A stretch of DNA of 64,000 nt. It comes from Escherichia coli. Lineage in GTDB: Bacteria > Pseudomonadota > Gammaproteobacteria > Enterobacterales > Enterobacteriaceae. The notes beneath the pieces were generated by a model that was not told where the DNA came from, made no database searches, and saw only the letters and a list, made by a program, of their open reading frames with translations. The stretch is taken from the NCBI RefSeq assembly GCF_003334385.1, contig NZ_QOWN01000011.1. The stretch is one strand, 5' to 3'. Shown here one piece after another: positions 20,558 through 32,536 of the stretch. Position numbers and translations under genes: made by a program. Positions within the stretch are counted from its first letter, which is position 1; each line of letters opens with the position of its first letter.

Positions 20558-22234
20558 ATGCATCACGCCACCCCGCTTATCACCACCATTGTTGGCGGCC
20601 TTGTGCTCGCCTTTATCCTCGGCATGCTGGCCAATAAACTACGTATTTCTCCTCTGGTGGGATATCTGTTAGCGGGTGTGCTGGCAGGACCATTCACTCC
20701 GGGCTTTGTTGCCGATACCAAGCTTGCCCCGGAACTGGCTGAACTGGGCGTCATTCTGTTGATGTTTGGCGTCGGTTTGCACTTTTCGCTGAAGGATTTG
20801 ATGGCGGTAAAGGCCATCGCCATTCCCGGTGCGATCGCCCAGATAGCCGTGGCGACGCTGCTGGGTATGGCGCTCTCTGCCGTGCTGGGCTGGTCGTTAA
20901 TGACCGGTATCGTGTTCGGTTTATGTCTTTCCACCGCCAGTACCGTGGTGTTACTGCGCGCACTTGAAGAACGGCAATTAATTGACAGTCAGCGTGGGCA
21001 AATCGCCATCGGTTGGTTGATTGTGGAAGACCTGGTAATGGTTCTGACGCTGGTGTTGCTGCCCGCAGTGGCAGGAATGATGGAACAGGGCGATGTGGGC
21101 TTTGCCACTCTTGCAGTCGATATGGGGATCACCATCGGCAAAGTGATCGCATTTATCGCCATTATGATGCTGGTAGGTCGCCGTCTGGTGCCGTGGATTA
21201 TGGCACGCAGCGCGGCAACCGGTTCTCGCGAGCTGTTTACCCTGTCGGTGCTGGCGCTGGCGTTAGGGGTTGCCTTTGGTGCGGTAGAGCTGTTTGATGT
21301 CTCCTTTGCACTCGGTGCGTTCTTTGCCGGGATGGTACTGAACGAGTCTGAACTGAGTCACCGTGCCGCCCACGATACGCTGCCATTGCGCGACGCGTTT
21401 GCGGTGCTGTTTTTTGTCTCCGTCGGGATGTTGTTTGATCCGTTAATTCTGATTCAGCAACCGCTGGCAGTGCTGGCGACGCTGGCGATTATTCTGTTTG
21501 GTAAGTCGTTAGCCGCATTTTTCCTGGTGCGACTGTTTGGTCACTCCCAACGTACGGCATTAACCATCGCCGCCAGCCTGGCGCAGATTGGTGAGTTCGC
21601 GTTTATCCTGGCGGGACTGGGAATGGCATTGAATTTACTGCCGCAGGCCGGACAAAACCTGGTACTGGCAGGGGCGATCCTGTCGATTATGCTCAACCCG
21701 GTACTGTTCGCACTACTGGAGAAATATCTGGCGAAGACCGAAACGCTGGAAGAGCAGACGCTGGAAGAGGCAATCGAAGAAGAGAAGCAGATCCCAGTGG
21801 ATATTTGCAACCATGCGCTACTGGTGGGTTACGGTCGTGTAGGCAGCCTGCTGGGGGAGAAATTGCTCGCCTCTGATATTCCGCTGGTGGTGATTGAGAC
21901 GTCACGAACCCGTGTTGATGAGCTGCGAGAGCGCGGGGTCCGCGCAGTATTGGGCAATGCGGCGAACGAAGAAATTATGCAACTGGCGCATCTGGAATGT
22001 GCAAAATGGCTGATCCTGACGATTCCCAACGGTTATGAAGCGGGTGAGATTGTGGCATCTGCCCGCGCGAAAAATCCGGATATTGAGATTATTGCCCGCG
22101 CCCATTATGACGATGAAGTGGCGTATATCACCGAACGTGGTGCGAATCAGGTAGTGATGGGCGAGCGTGAAATCGCCCGTACCATGCTGGAACTGCTGGA
22201 AACGCCACCGGCGGGTGAGGTGGTGACGGGGTAA
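20558..22234 (+). CDS. ybaL: CPA2-family cation/proton antiporter with C-terminal RCK/TrkA-N domain, 558 aa
   Basis: KefB/KefC-like membrane domain plus Rossmann-like RCK domain (LLVGYGRVG). Confidence 0.9.
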   Translation: MHHATPLITTIVGGLVLAFILGMLANKLRISPLVGYLLAGVLAGPFTPGFVADTKLAPELAELGVILLMFGVGLHFSLKDLMAVKAIAIPGAIAQIAVATLLGMALSAVLGWSLMTGIVFGLCLSTASTVVLLRALEERQLIDSQRGQIAIGWLIVEDLVMVLTLVLLPAVAGMMEQGDVGFATLAVDMGITIGKVIAFIAIMMLVGRRLVPWIMARSAATGSRELFTLSVLALALGVAFGAVELFDVSFALGAFFAGMVLNESELSHRAAHDTLPLRDAFAVLFFVSVGMLFDPLILIQQPLAVLATLAIILFGKSLAAFFLVRLFGHSQRTALTIAASLAQIGEFAFILAGLGMALNLLPQAGQNLVLAGAILSIMLNPVLFALLEKYLAKTETLEEQTLEEAIEEEKQIPVDICNHALLVGYGRVGSLLGEKLLASDIPLVVIETSRTRVDELRERGVRAVLGNAANEEIMQLAHLECAKWLILTIPNGYEAGEIVASARAKNPDIEIIARAHYDDEVAYITERGANQVVMGEREIARTMLELLETPPAGEVVTG

Positions 22235-22261
22235 ACGGTGGTTGCCGGATGTAAAATATGA

Positions 22262-22353
22262 AAAATATGTAGGCATGATAAGACGCGCCAGCGTCGCATC
22301 AGGCATCGAGAGCCAAATGCCAGATGCGGCGTGAACGCCTTATCTGGCCTACG
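22262..22353. repeat. REP element pair between convergent ybaL and gsk
   Basis: gcctgatgcgacgctggcgcgtcttatcatgcctaca and gccagatgcggcgtgaacgccttatctggcctacg palindromic units. Confidence 0.85.
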
Positions 22354-22366
22354 AACCGACGATAAC

Positions 22367-23671
22367 TTAACGATCCCAGTAAGACTCTTCCAGGCTGTCT
22401 TCACGCTCCGGCAAGCCGCGCGTTAAACGAGGTGAATGCTGGTTCAGTACCTGATAGCTCACACGGTTAGCATATTTACACACCTGCGCTAACGATGAAT
22501 AAGTTAACCAGGTGAATTTATGTTTGCTGGAGTTTGGTACGTTGCTACGATGGTAGCTGTTGGCGGTAATGTCATGCAGCAACGCTGCCAATGCGCCATC
22601 CCCCGCTCCATTAGTGTTCATGATTTTTTCCGGCCCGCCCATGTACGGCGCAATGTGCGAATATACACGCAGCGGATTCTGGCAATCCTTGTGGCGCATG
22701 GCGCGGCTAAACTCATACTGGTTGAATTCCGCTATAGCGCCCGGCAGCAGCGGATGCTGGGTTTTACGTTTCGCTTCGTCTTCGGTAAAGCCCGCCATAT
22801 ACAAGCCGATTGGCCCGGCGGTGCACAGCACCAGATCTACCCAGTCCAGCGCCTTGTCAGATGCCAACAACGGATCGCTTTCTCCGGTCAACGCTTCGGC
22901 TTCATCTTCGTTCATCGCAAGGATAGAGACGTGATCTTTGAGGAATTGCTGCCACCACTGCGGATTCTCGGCAATGACAAACTTGGTGCCCAGCGTCAGC
23001 ACCACCGGTACGTTATATTTCTTCGCGTACTCAATGGCTTTCATGGTTGCTTCCGGCATGGGTTCACCCGGCTTGCAACGCACCAGATATGAGGTGAGAA
23101 CCAGTGCCGAGGCTCCGGCAATCACATCTTCCGGAATGCTTTCAGCCCGCAGCTGGTTCATGTGGCCTGGACTGATAGCAAAGGTACGTTCCCCGGACTC
23201 GCCAATCAGCGTAAAGCAACGACCAATCGGGCCATCCACGCCTTGTAGATAGTTAAGATCGGTACGGCTGGAAGTGTTACACAGGTAACGATAGGCATAA
23301 CTGCCAATTTCAATATTGCTGCACATGACGCCCAGCAGCACCGAACGGTCGTCCGCGAGCACCGAGTAGTTGTGCATGGTGTTACCAATGGTGCCACCCG
23401 CAAACTGATGGGTAATCAGGTTTTTCTGTTTTAGTTCCTGATAAAGCGCTTCGGCTACATCATCCTCAATCACCAGTGAATGCCCGGCGCTTAATCCATA
23501 ACGCTCAATAAATTCATCATCCACTTTCGCTTCAATATCGACCAGCGTTTGATCGATACCCACTACCCAGGCAGCGCTGGTTTCGTTTTCTGGCTGGAAT
23601 TGCTGAAGCAGCGGATCGCGTGCGTTTACGGGGAAGTAATGTTTGGATTTACGTTTACCGGGAAATTTCAT
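22367..23671 (-). CDS. gsk: Inosine-guanosine kinase, 434 aa
   Basis: PfkB-family sugar-kinase fold; recognised sequence MKFPGKRKSKHYFPVNARDPLLQQ. Confidence 0.92.
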   Translation of the reverse strand: MKFPGKRKSKHYFPVNARDPLLQQFQPENETSAAWVVGIDQTLVDIEAKVDDEFIERYGLSAGHSLVIEDDVAEALYQELKQKNLITHQFAGGTIGNTMHNYSVLADDRSVLLGVMCSNIEIGSYAYRYLCNTSSRTDLNYLQGVDGPIGRCFTLIGESGERTFAISPGHMNQLRAESIPEDVIAGASALVLTSYLVRCKPGEPMPEATMKAIEYAKKYNVPVVLTLGTKFVIAENPQWWQQFLKDHVSILAMNEDEAEALTGESDPLLASDKALDWVDLVLCTAGPIGLYMAGFTEDEAKRKTQHPLLPGAIAEFNQYEFSRAMRHKDCQNPLRVYSHIAPYMGGPEKIMNTNGAGDGALAALLHDITANSYHRSNVPNSSKHKFTWLTYSSLAQVCKYANRVSYQVLNQHSPRLTRGLPEREDSLEESYWDR

Positions 23672-23822
23672 GGTTGTTTTTACGGGTGGTTAACTGAGCG
23701 GCGAATGTTAACACAATCTGACGGGAGCGCGCGAGACGCAGCCAGTTTCAATATCAGCAGGCGGGATCGCATTTTCATGGCAGTGGTTCCTTACAATGAC
23801 GTAATTTGAAAGGAGTTTTTGT

Positions 23823-24782
23823 ATGAAGCCGGAAAACAAACTACCTGTTCTGGACCTTATTTCTGCTGAAATGAAGACCGTTGTGAATACTCTTCAGCCG
23901 GATTTACCGCCCTGGCCCGCAACGGGAACGATTGCTGAGCAACGACAGTATTACACGCTTGAGCGCCGATTCTGGAATGCGGGCGCTCCAGAAATGGCAA
24001 CCAGAGCTTACATGGTTCCAACAAAATATGGGCAGGTGGAAACACGTCTCTTTTGTCCGCAGCCAGATAGCCCAGCGACGCTATTTTATTTGCATGGAGG
24101 CGGTTTTATTCTCGGCAATCTCGATACCCACGATCGCATCATGCGCCTGCTGGCAAGCTACAGCCAATGTACGGTGATTGGTATTGATTACACCCTTTCA
24201 CCTGAAGCGCGTTTTCCGCAAGCGATAGAGGAAATTGTGGCTGCTTGTTGTTATTTCCACCAGCAGGCGGAGGATTATCAAATCAATATGTCCCGCATTG
24301 GCTTTGCCGGTGATTCCGCAGGTGCCATGCTGGCGCTCGCCAGTGCGTTGTGGTTGCGTGATAAACAGATCGATTGCGGTAAAGTTGCGGGCGTTTTGCT
24401 GTGGTATGGGCTTTACGGATTACGGGATTCCGTGACTCGTCGTCTGTTGGGCGGTGTCTGGGATGGCTTAACGCAACAGGATTTGCAGATGTACGAAGAG
24501 GCATATTTAAGCAACGACGCGGACCGCGAGTCGCCGTATTACTGTCTGTTTAATAATGATCTCACTCGCGAAGTTCCGCCCTGTTTTATTGCCGGGGCGG
24601 AGTTCGATCCGCTGCTGGATGACAGCCGTCTGCTTTACCAGACGTTAGCGGCGCATCAGCAGCCCTGTGAGTTCAAACTCTACCCAGGCACGCTGCACGC
24701 CTTTTTGCATTATTCACGGATGATGAAAACCGCCGACGAGGCTCTTCGCGACGGCGCTCAGTTCTTTACCGCTCAGCTTTAG
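23823..24782 (+). CDS. aes: Acetyl esterase (alpha/beta hydrolase, HSL family), 319 aa
   Basis: HGGGF oxyanion-hole motif and GDSAG nucleophile elbow. Confidence 0.93.
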
Positions 24783-25741
24783 CGATACGCGGCAACAAGA
24801 TTAGCCATCATTTCGATATGTTCCGGCGTGGCATTAAGCGCCGGAATATATTCATATTTTTTCCCGCCGGCACCGAGGAAGACCTCACGGTTTTGCTCGG
24901 CAATCTCTTCCAGCGTCTCCAGACAATCCGCAGCAAAGCCCGGGCACATCACCTGAATATGACCTACGCCTTTTTCTCCGAGCATTTTCAGCGTTTCGTC
25001 GGTATAAGGCATCAGCCAGGGTTCCCGACCAAAGCGCGACTGAAAGGTCATCATCACTTTTTCCGGTGCCATCCCCAATGCGGAAGCCAGTTCACGAGTC
25101 GTTGTGCGGCAACGTTGCGGGTAATCATCGCCTTCATCTGCATAACGCTGGGGAATGCCATGATAAGAGAGCAGTAGCAGATCCGGTTCGCCATGTTTGG
25201 CAAAAGAAGCGCGTACGCTGTTCGCCAGTGCATTAATGTAATCGTGGTTATCGGCGTAATCACGTATAAACGATATCCCCGGAATGCTACGTTTGCGCGC
25301 CAGAATGCGTGCCAGTTCATCCCATACCGCACCGACCGTAGAACAGGAGAATTGCGGATAAAGCGGCAGCACCACAATATGATCTACATGCTCTGCCAGG
25401 AGTTCATCTACGGCGCTTTCCAGTGATGGCGAGCCGTAGCTCATTCCCAGCGCTACGGGCATCTCCGGTAAACGTTGTGCCAGCGCCTGCTGTTGCTGGC
25501 GGCTGTAAACCATCAGCGGCGAGCCACCTTCCATCCAGACAGAGGCATACAGCTTCGCCACACGCGGCGAGCGCAGCGGCAAAATCACGCCGCGCAGCAA
25601 TGGCCACCATAACAACCGTGAGGTATCAACCACGCGTCTGTCGCTTAAAAATTGTTTCAGATAGCGTTTTACCGCTTCAGGTGTGGGGGCATCGGGCGTA
25701 CCCAGGTTTGCCAGCAGGATACCGGTTTTAGTCTGACGCAT
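24779..25741 (-). CDS. hemH: Ferrochelatase, 320 aa
   Basis: Ferrochelatase-family sequence; 3' end overlaps aes 3' end by 4 bp. Confidence 0.93.
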
Positions 25742-25906
25742 TACCGCCTCTTATCGATTCAACTTGTTGATAATTGTAGCGGAAAAGTGAGGAAGAAGAA
25801 CTAATTGCTGTGAGAGGTCAAATCAGAAAAAGGAATAGCGCAGATTGAGGTTTTTGTAAAAGGCCGAATGAATATCCGGCCTGAGATTGCTGATAAGTTT
25901 GCTTGT

Positions 25907-25969
25907 GCGGGCCTGTTCCCCTCACCCTAACCCTCTCCCCGAGGGGGCGAGGGGACTGTCCGTGCGCGC
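25907..25969. repeat. GC-rich palindromic intergenic repeat (boxC-like) downstream of adk
   Basis: tcccctcaccctaaccctctccccgagggggcgagggga: imperfect palindrome; shares the 12-mer ctaaccctctcc with the hairpin after atl. Confidence 0.6.
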
Positions 25970-25976
25970 TTTCGAA

Positions 25977-26693
<717 letters not shown>

Positions 26694-26754
26694 TCAAGAA
26701 AGGCACCTGGGGCTGAAACGGTTAATGGCGAGATAATTTGCGGAAAGTGCAGAT

Positions 26755-26797
26755 GATGAAAAGAAAAATGCCGGATGACACGAAGGTCATCCGGCAT
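26755..26797 (-). terminator. Rho-independent terminator of htpG
   Basis: Minus-strand hairpin atgccggatgacc-ttcgtg-tcatccggcat followed by a T-rich tract, immediately after the htpG stop. Confidence 0.75.
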
Positions 26798-26801
26798 TAC
26801 A

Positions 26802-28676
26802 TCAGGAAACCAGCAGCTGGTTCATACGACGAATAAACAGGTTCGGATCTTCCAGCGTGCCGCGTTCTGCCAGCAGCGCCTGATCCAGCAGCAGTTCTAC
26901 CCACTCGCTGAACTTCGCTTCATCTTCAGTATCTGCCGCACGTTTCACCAGTACGTGATCCGGGTTCAGTTCGAAGATGTATTTCACTTCTGGCACTTTC
27001 TGGCCCGCCGCAGCGAACAGTTTCGCCATCTGAGTGCTCATTTCGTCCGCGTCGGTCGAAACGATCGCTGGCGTATCGGTCAGACGGTGAGTCAGACGGA
27101 CATCTTTCACGCGCTCGCCGAGCAGGGCTTTCACACGGTCGATGAACGGAGTCAGTGCTTTCTCCGCTTCTTTCGCGCTCTCATCAACTTCGTCAGCCAG
27201 TTTTTCAAGCGACTCGTCAACTTTAGACACCGACTGGAACGGTTTACCGTCGAACTCAGTCAGATAGTTCATCATCCACTCATCGATGCGGTCGGAAAGC
27301 AGCAGAACTTCGATGCCTTTCTTACGCAGCAGTTCCAGGTGCGGGCTGCTCTTCGCTGCCGCATAGCTGTCTGCGGTGATGTAGTAGATTTTCTCCTGCC
27401 CTTCTTTCATGCGGGAAACGTAGTCTTCCAGAGATACGGTCTGCGCAGAAGAATCGGTATGGGTAGAAGCAAAACGCAGCAGTTTGGCGATCGCTTCCTG
27501 GTTAGCGAAATCTTCCGCCGGACCTTCTTTCAGTACCAGGCCAAACTGTTGCCAGAAGGTCTGGTATTTTTCCGCGTCGTCTTTCGCCAGTTTTTCCAGC
27601 ATTTGCAGCACACGCTTGGTCAGCGCATTGCGCAGGTTACGCGTTACCGTGCTGTCCTGGAGGATTTCACGGGAAACGTTCAGCGGCAGATCGCTGGAGT
27701 CAATCAGACCACGCACGAAGCGCAGATAGTTCGGCATGAACTGTTCTGCGTCGTCCATGATGAACACACGCTGAACATACAGTTTCAGGCCGTGTTTATG
27801 ATCGCGGTTCCACATATCCCACGGAGCCTGGGACGGGATGTACAGCAGGCTGGTGTACTCCTGCTTACCTTCAACACGGTTGTGGCTCCAGGTCAGCGGA
27901 TCATTAAAGTCGTGGGCGATGTGTTTGTAGAACTCTTTGTACTCTTCATCGGTGATTTCCGACTTGTTACGAGTCCACAGCGCCTGCGCTTTGTTGATTT
28001 TCTCCCAGGAGATAACGGTTTCGCCGTCTTTCTCTTCGCGTTTTTCGATCTCTACCGGCAGCGCGATATGGTCGGAGTATTTGCTGATGATGGAACGCAC
28101 GCGCCAGTCATCGAGGAACTCGTCTTCGCCTTCACGCAGATGCAGGGTGATTTCAGTACCACGATCTTCTTTGGTGATGTCGGCAACGGTGTATTCACCT
28201 TCGCCAGCCGATTCCCAGAAGACGCCATTTTCTGGTTTTTCGCCTGCCGCGCGAGTACGCACGGTCACTTTGTCGGCCACGATAAACGCAGAGTAGAAAC
28301 CAACACCAAACTGACCGATCAGCTGGCTGTCTTTCGCCTGGTCAGAACCCAGGGATTCGAGGAATGATTTGGTACCGGATTTAGCGATAGTCCCCAGATG
28401 GTCAATCACTTCGTCGCGGGTCATCCCCACGCCGTTATCGGAGATGGTCAGCGTACGCTTGTCTTTATCGAAAGAGACACGAACGCGTAGTTCGCCATCA
28501 CCTTCGTACAGGTCCGGGTTAGAGAGCGCACGGAAACGCAGCTTGTCCGCCGCATCGGAGGCGTTAGAGATAAGCTCACGCAGGAAGATTTCTTTATTGG
28601 AATAGAGAGAATGGATCATCAGGTGCAGAAGCTGTTTCACTTCTGACTGAAAACCACGAGTTTCTTGTCCTTTCAT
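26802..28676 (-). CDS. htpG: Hsp90-family molecular chaperone, 624 aa
   Basis: GHKL ATPase N-domain (…[16 protein letters not shown]…) and full-length Hsp90 architecture. Confidence 0.96.
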   Translation of the reverse strand: MKGQETRGFQSEVKQLLHLMIHSLYSNKEIFLRELISNASDAADKLRFRALSNPDLYEGDGELRVRVSFDKDKRTLTISDNGVGMTRDEVIDHLGTIAKSGTKSFLESLGSDQAKDSQLIGQFGVGFYSAFIVADKVTVRTRAAGEKPENGVFWESAGEGEYTVADITKEDRGTEITLHLREGEDEFLDDWRVRSIISKYSDHIALPVEIEKREEKDGETVISWEKINKAQALWTRNKSEITDEEYKEFYKHIAHDFNDPLTWSHNRVEGKQEYTSLLYIPSQAPWDMWNRDHKHGLKLYVQRVFIMDDAEQFMPNYLRFVRGLIDSSDLPLNVSREILQDSTVTRNLRNALTKRVLQMLEKLAKDDAEKYQTFWQQFGLVLKEGPAEDFANQEAIAKLLRFASTHTDSSAQTVSLEDYVSRMKEGQEKIYYITADSYAAAKSSPHLELLRKKGIEVLLLSDRIDEWMMNYLTEFDGKPFQSVSKVDESLEKLADEVDESAKEAEKALTPFIDRVKALLGERVKDVRLTHRLTDTPAIVSTDADEMSTQMAKLFAAAGQKVPEVKYIFELNPDHVLVKRAADTEDEAKFSEWVELLLDQALLAERGTLEDPNLFIRRMNQLLVS

Positions 28677-28727
28677 GTAGGTCTACCTCAATAATGCCAT
28701 TTTAAGGTTAAAAACAGGATGTGGGAG

Positions 28728-28756
28728 AGATGGGGACAAGGGAGAATAATTTCAAG
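28728..28756 (-). promoter_or_regulatory. sigma-32 heat-shock promoter of htpG
   Basis: Minus strand reads CTTGAAA-(14 nt)-CCCCATCT, a match to the sigma-32 -35/-10 consensus, about 50 nt upstream of the htpG ATG. Confidence 0.75.
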
Positions 28757-28785
28757 CGAGAGCAGGTGATCCTGCTCTCGTTTGC

Positions 28786-29390
28786 TTAAAAACGAATCTT
28801 ATGACGCCCGGCAAGGGAGTGTGACAACGTGGTGCCGTCGACCATTTCCAGCTCGCCGCCAACCGGAACGCCATGAGCGATTCGGCTGGCTTCCACGTCA
28901 TATTGCGCGCAAAGCTCGGCAATGTAGTTAGCGGTAGCTTCACCTTCAACCGTGGGGTTGGTGGCGAGGATCACTTCAGTGATTTTTTCCTCTGCCAGAC
29001 GCTGTTCCAGACGATCAAGCCCGATATCATCCGGACCGATGCCGTCCAGCGGTGACAGATGCCCCATCAACACAAAATAACGACCTGAAAACTGCCCCGT
29101 CTGCTCAATGGCGTAGATGTCCGCCGGACTCTCCACCACGCAGATTTGACCGTTTTCCTGACGACGCGGATTCGAACAGATGTTACAGACTTCCTGTTCG
29201 GTGAAAGTGCGGCAATCGGCGCAGTGGCCGATTTCCGACATCGCCCGGGTGAGCGCCTGCGCCAGACGCATCCCGCCGCTACGATCGCGCTGAAGCAGCG
29301 TGAACGCCATACGCTGCGCCGACTTCGGGCCAACGCCCGGCAGACAGCGCAGTGCTTCCATAAGCTGTGTTAACAGCGGGCTGGTTTGCA

Positions 29391-29391
<1 letters not shown>
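28786..29391 (-). CDS. recR: Recombination protein RecR, 201 aa
   Basis: C4 zinc finger (CxxC…CxxC), Toprim domain; start overlaps ybaB stop (ATGA). Confidence 0.95.
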
Positions 29392-29735
<344 letters not shown>

Positions 29736-29772
29736 TCACGTTAAGGATGACGAACGTAAGCTGTGCTTACGA

Positions 29773-31704
29773 TCAAATGGGGCGGATACTTTCTTCATCC
29801 AGCTCCGCATCGAAGAACCGACGCAGGGTCTGAATATTATTATCCGCAATAATGGACTCGCGCGCCTGCGCAAGTTTTTCTTCGTATATCGCCTGACGCC
29901 ACTCCAGCGGCGTACGCACCGCGGGATTATCATCTTCAACGATAGTCAGTTCAACCGTTGAACCTTTTAACATGCTCAACGCTTCAGCCAGTTTTTGCTG
30001 TGCACCGCGGTTGTTCAAATGCCGCTGAGAGGAGCGCAAATGCAGACATACTGCGTTGTCGCTCTCCTCTTTCCAGGCATTTAACGCCACCTGTTCGACC
30101 AGTTTTGGTAGCGAAAGTTGGCTCACCTGTGCCGCCCACGGGTCGCGCTCAATGGCTTCTGCCGCTAGCTTCGCCGCCAGTTCCGGCGTTTTTTCATGTT
30201 CCAGCGCTTTTTTCAGCGCCTTCGGCGTGGCGACCACTTCTTTTTGCTGCATCACCGGAGTGGTCGCCTTCCAGCGATACGCTTCTTTTTTGGCTGGCGC
30301 TTTTTCCAGCGCCGATGGCACCGGACGCGCCTGAACGCGATCGGTGACCGAAGCCAGTCTTTCCAGCGCAGCGTTATTCACCGGCCGCGCGCGGGTAGCG
30401 GCTGCCGGTTCACTCTTTTTTGCTTTGGTTGCTCCCTGCACGCGCTGCAACTGCTGGCGCGCCGCCAGCACCTGGCTGGTGGTTTCCGGGAGCGGTACAG
30501 TCGGTGCCTGCTGCGGCGCTGATTGCGGTTGCGGCGGCACCTGGGTTGGCGTCATTACTGCCGTTGGCGCGACGGGTGCAAAGGACTGTCGTGGCACTTC
30601 TGGCTCAGGCAGCGGCATACGCGGATGGAATGCCAGCGCGCGCAGCAGCGTCATCTCAACGCCCATGCGACGGTCCGGCGCATACGGTAATTCTTTGCGA
30701 CCAATCAACAGCGTCTGATAGTAAAGCTGAATATCCGTCGGCGGTATGGTGCGCGCCAGTTCACGCATCCGCAGCTCGATGGCGGCCATGTCGTTGCCAA
30801 GTGCAGCAGGCGAAAGTTGTACCATCGCAATACGATGCAACAGGCCGAGCATTTCCACCAGCAACGCTTCCCACTCGATACCACGGGCAGCGGCTTCATT
30901 AATCAGCGCCATTACGCGCTCGCCGTTGGCCTCGACCATCGCTTCAACCAGCGACAGCGCCTGATCGTCGTCAAGCGTACCCAGCATCGCACTGACCGCC
31001 TGGGTTGAAACCTGGCCGTCACCGCTGGCAATCGCCTGGTCGGTCAGACTTAAGGCATCTCGCAGGCTGCCTTCAGCGGCGCGTGCCAGCAATTGCAGCG
31101 CCCGCGGCTCGTGAGCGATATGTTCTTCGTTGAGGATGTGCTCAAGCTGATGGCGAATTTGCTCGACATCCAGCGCCTTGAGATGAAATTGCAGACAGCG
31201 TGACAAAATCGTCACCGGCAATTTCTGTGGATCGGTCGTCGCCAGCAGAAACTTAACGTGCTCCGGCGGCTCTTCAAGGGTTTTTAACAGTGCGTTAAAG
31301 CTGTGGCGCGACAGCATATGCACTTCGTCGATCAGATAAACTTTGAAACGACCACGCGCCGGAGCGTACTGGACGTTATCCAGCAGGTCGCGGGTATCTT
31401 CAACTTTGGTGCGCGAGGCGGCGTCGATTTCAATCAGATCGACAAAGCGCCCCTGCTCGATTTCACGACAGTTATCGCACACGCCGCACGGCGTCGCGGT
31501 AATGCCGGTTTCGCAGTTTAGCCCCTTCGCCAGCAGTCGGGCGATAGAGGTTTTTCCGACGCCACGGGTGCCGGAAAAAAGATAAGCATGATGAATACGC
31601 CCTAACGACAAGCCGTTCGCCAGTGCGGTCAGCACATGTTCCTGGCCGACGACGTCAGCAAAGGTTTGTGGGCGCCATTTTCGGGCTAAGACCTGATAAC
31701 TCAT
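29773..31704 (-). CDS. dnaX: DNA polymerase III tau subunit (gamma produced by frameshift), 643 aa
   Basis: AAA+ clamp-loader motifs (GTRGVGKTS P-loop, SRC motif) plus tau-specific C-terminal domains. Confidence 0.96.
   Translation of the reverse strand: MSYQVLARKWRPQTFADVVGQEHVLTALANGLSLGRIHHAYLFSGTRGVGKTSIARLLAKGLNCETGITATPCGVCDNCREIEQGRFVDLIEIDAASRTKVEDTRDLLDNVQYAPARGRFKVYLIDEVHMLSRHSFNALLKTLEEPPEHVKFLLATTDPQKLPVTILSRCLQFHLKALDVEQIRHQLEHILNEEHIAHEPRALQLLARAAEGSLRDALSLTDQAIASGDGQVSTQAVSAMLGTLDDDQALSLVEAMVEANGERVMALINEAAARGIEWEALLVEMLGLLHRIAMVQLSPAALGNDMAAIELRMRELARTIPPTDIQLYYQTLLIGRKELPYAPDRRMGVEMTLLRALAFHPRMPLPEPEVPRQSFAPVAPTAVMTPTQVPPQPQSAPQQAPTVPLPETTSQVLAARQQLQRVQGATKAKKSEPAAATRARPVNNAALERLASVTDRVQARPVPSALEKAPAKKEAYRWKATTPVMQQKEVVATPKALKKALEHEKTPELAAKLAAEAIERDPWAAQVSQLSLPKLVEQVALNAWKEESDNAVCLHLRSSQRHLNNRGAQQKLAEALSMLKGSTVELTIVEDDNPAVRTPLEWRQAIYEEKLAQARESIIADNNIQTLRRFFDAELDEESIRPI
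30410..30421 (-). other. dnaX: dnaX programmed -1 frameshift site (A AAA AAG, then GAG TGA in -1 frame) producing the gamma subunit
   Basis: Plus strand shows CTTTTTT at 30415-30421, the reverse complement of AAAAAAG; on the mRNA the -1 frame reads AAA AAA GAG TGA; a GC-rich stem-loop (CCGGCAGCCGC…GCGGCCGG) follows. Confidence 0.85.
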
Positions 31705-31832
31705 TGGCAGGCTCTGAAACGCTGGAAGGTGGATTCACGAAGGGGTAATGCTAACACAGCCCCGTCAGAACGGCGAGGCTGAATGCACATCTTGTGCTGT
31801 CCGTAGCGTGGGCAGCACAAGACTGGCGATAA

Positions 31833-32384
31833 TTAATGGCCCGGGAACGGGACAAGGCTGTAGCTGGTAATGCCCTGTTTTTCGAGACGCTGTTCGCCGC
31901 CGAGATCGAACAGGTTGATAATGAACGCAGCGTCAGCCACTTCACCACCCAGACGACGGATCAGTTTAACGGTCGCTTCGATAGTGCCGCCGGTTGCCAG
32001 CAGGTCGTCCACCACCAGAACTTTGTCGCCCGGTTTGATGGCATCAACGTGGATCTCCAGCTGATCGGTGCCGTATTCCAGGTCGTAAGTTTCACTGATG
32101 GTTTCACGCGGCAGTTTGCCCGGTTTACGGACCGGTACAAAGCCAACGCCCAGACCCAGAGCTACCGGAGCGCCAAACAAGAAGCCACGCGCTTCGGTGC
32201 CGACAACTTTGGTAATGCCCGCATTTTTGTAACGCTCAACCAGCAAGTCGATGCTGAGAGCGTAAGCTTTCGGGTCTTCCAGTAAGCTGGTGACATCGCG
32301 GAAAAGAATGCCGGGTTTTGGGTAGTCCTGAATGCTTTTGATGCTATTTTTGAGATACTCAAGCTGCTGTGCAGTCGCGGTCAT
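31833..32384 (-). CDS. apt: Adenine phosphoribosyltransferase, 183 aa
   Basis: Start at [17 protein letters not shown] inside track ORF 31833..32438; PRPP-binding motif [13 protein letters not shown]. Confidence 0.93.
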
Positions 32385-32536
32385 AAGTGTATGCCTGCTT
32401 GTTACGGTGGTACTCACGGCGCGTTTTAAACGTATCAAAAGTAACAGTTGTTTAACCTTTGACCGCCTGCGCCTGTGCTCGAAAACGCCAGAATGTACTG
32501 GCTGTACGCAATAATTGCAACTGCGATTGTTGTGCT

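Noticed and set aside
26775-28367. 530-aa ORF on the plus strand, antisense to htpG
   Set aside because: It lies entirely inside htpG in the opposite orientation, and its composition (F/R/Q/V-rich, low complexity) is what the reverse complement of an E/K/L/D-rich chaperone gene produces. It is a codon-bias shadow ORF with no independent start context. The same holds for other long antisense ORFs in the track (5637..6437 in cnoX, 14238..14930 in copA, 17851..18507 in ushA, 40818..41519 in acrB, 51390..52082 in mdlB, 61096..61869 in ppiD).
28759-28780. Hairpin gagagcaggtgatcctgctctc between recR and htpG as a terminator
   Set aside because: The perfect stem is present but no U-tract follows on the relevant (minus) strand, and it sits just upstream of the htpG sigma-32 promoter -35. 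It may attenuate recR read-through, but I cannot support a terminator call from sequence alone.
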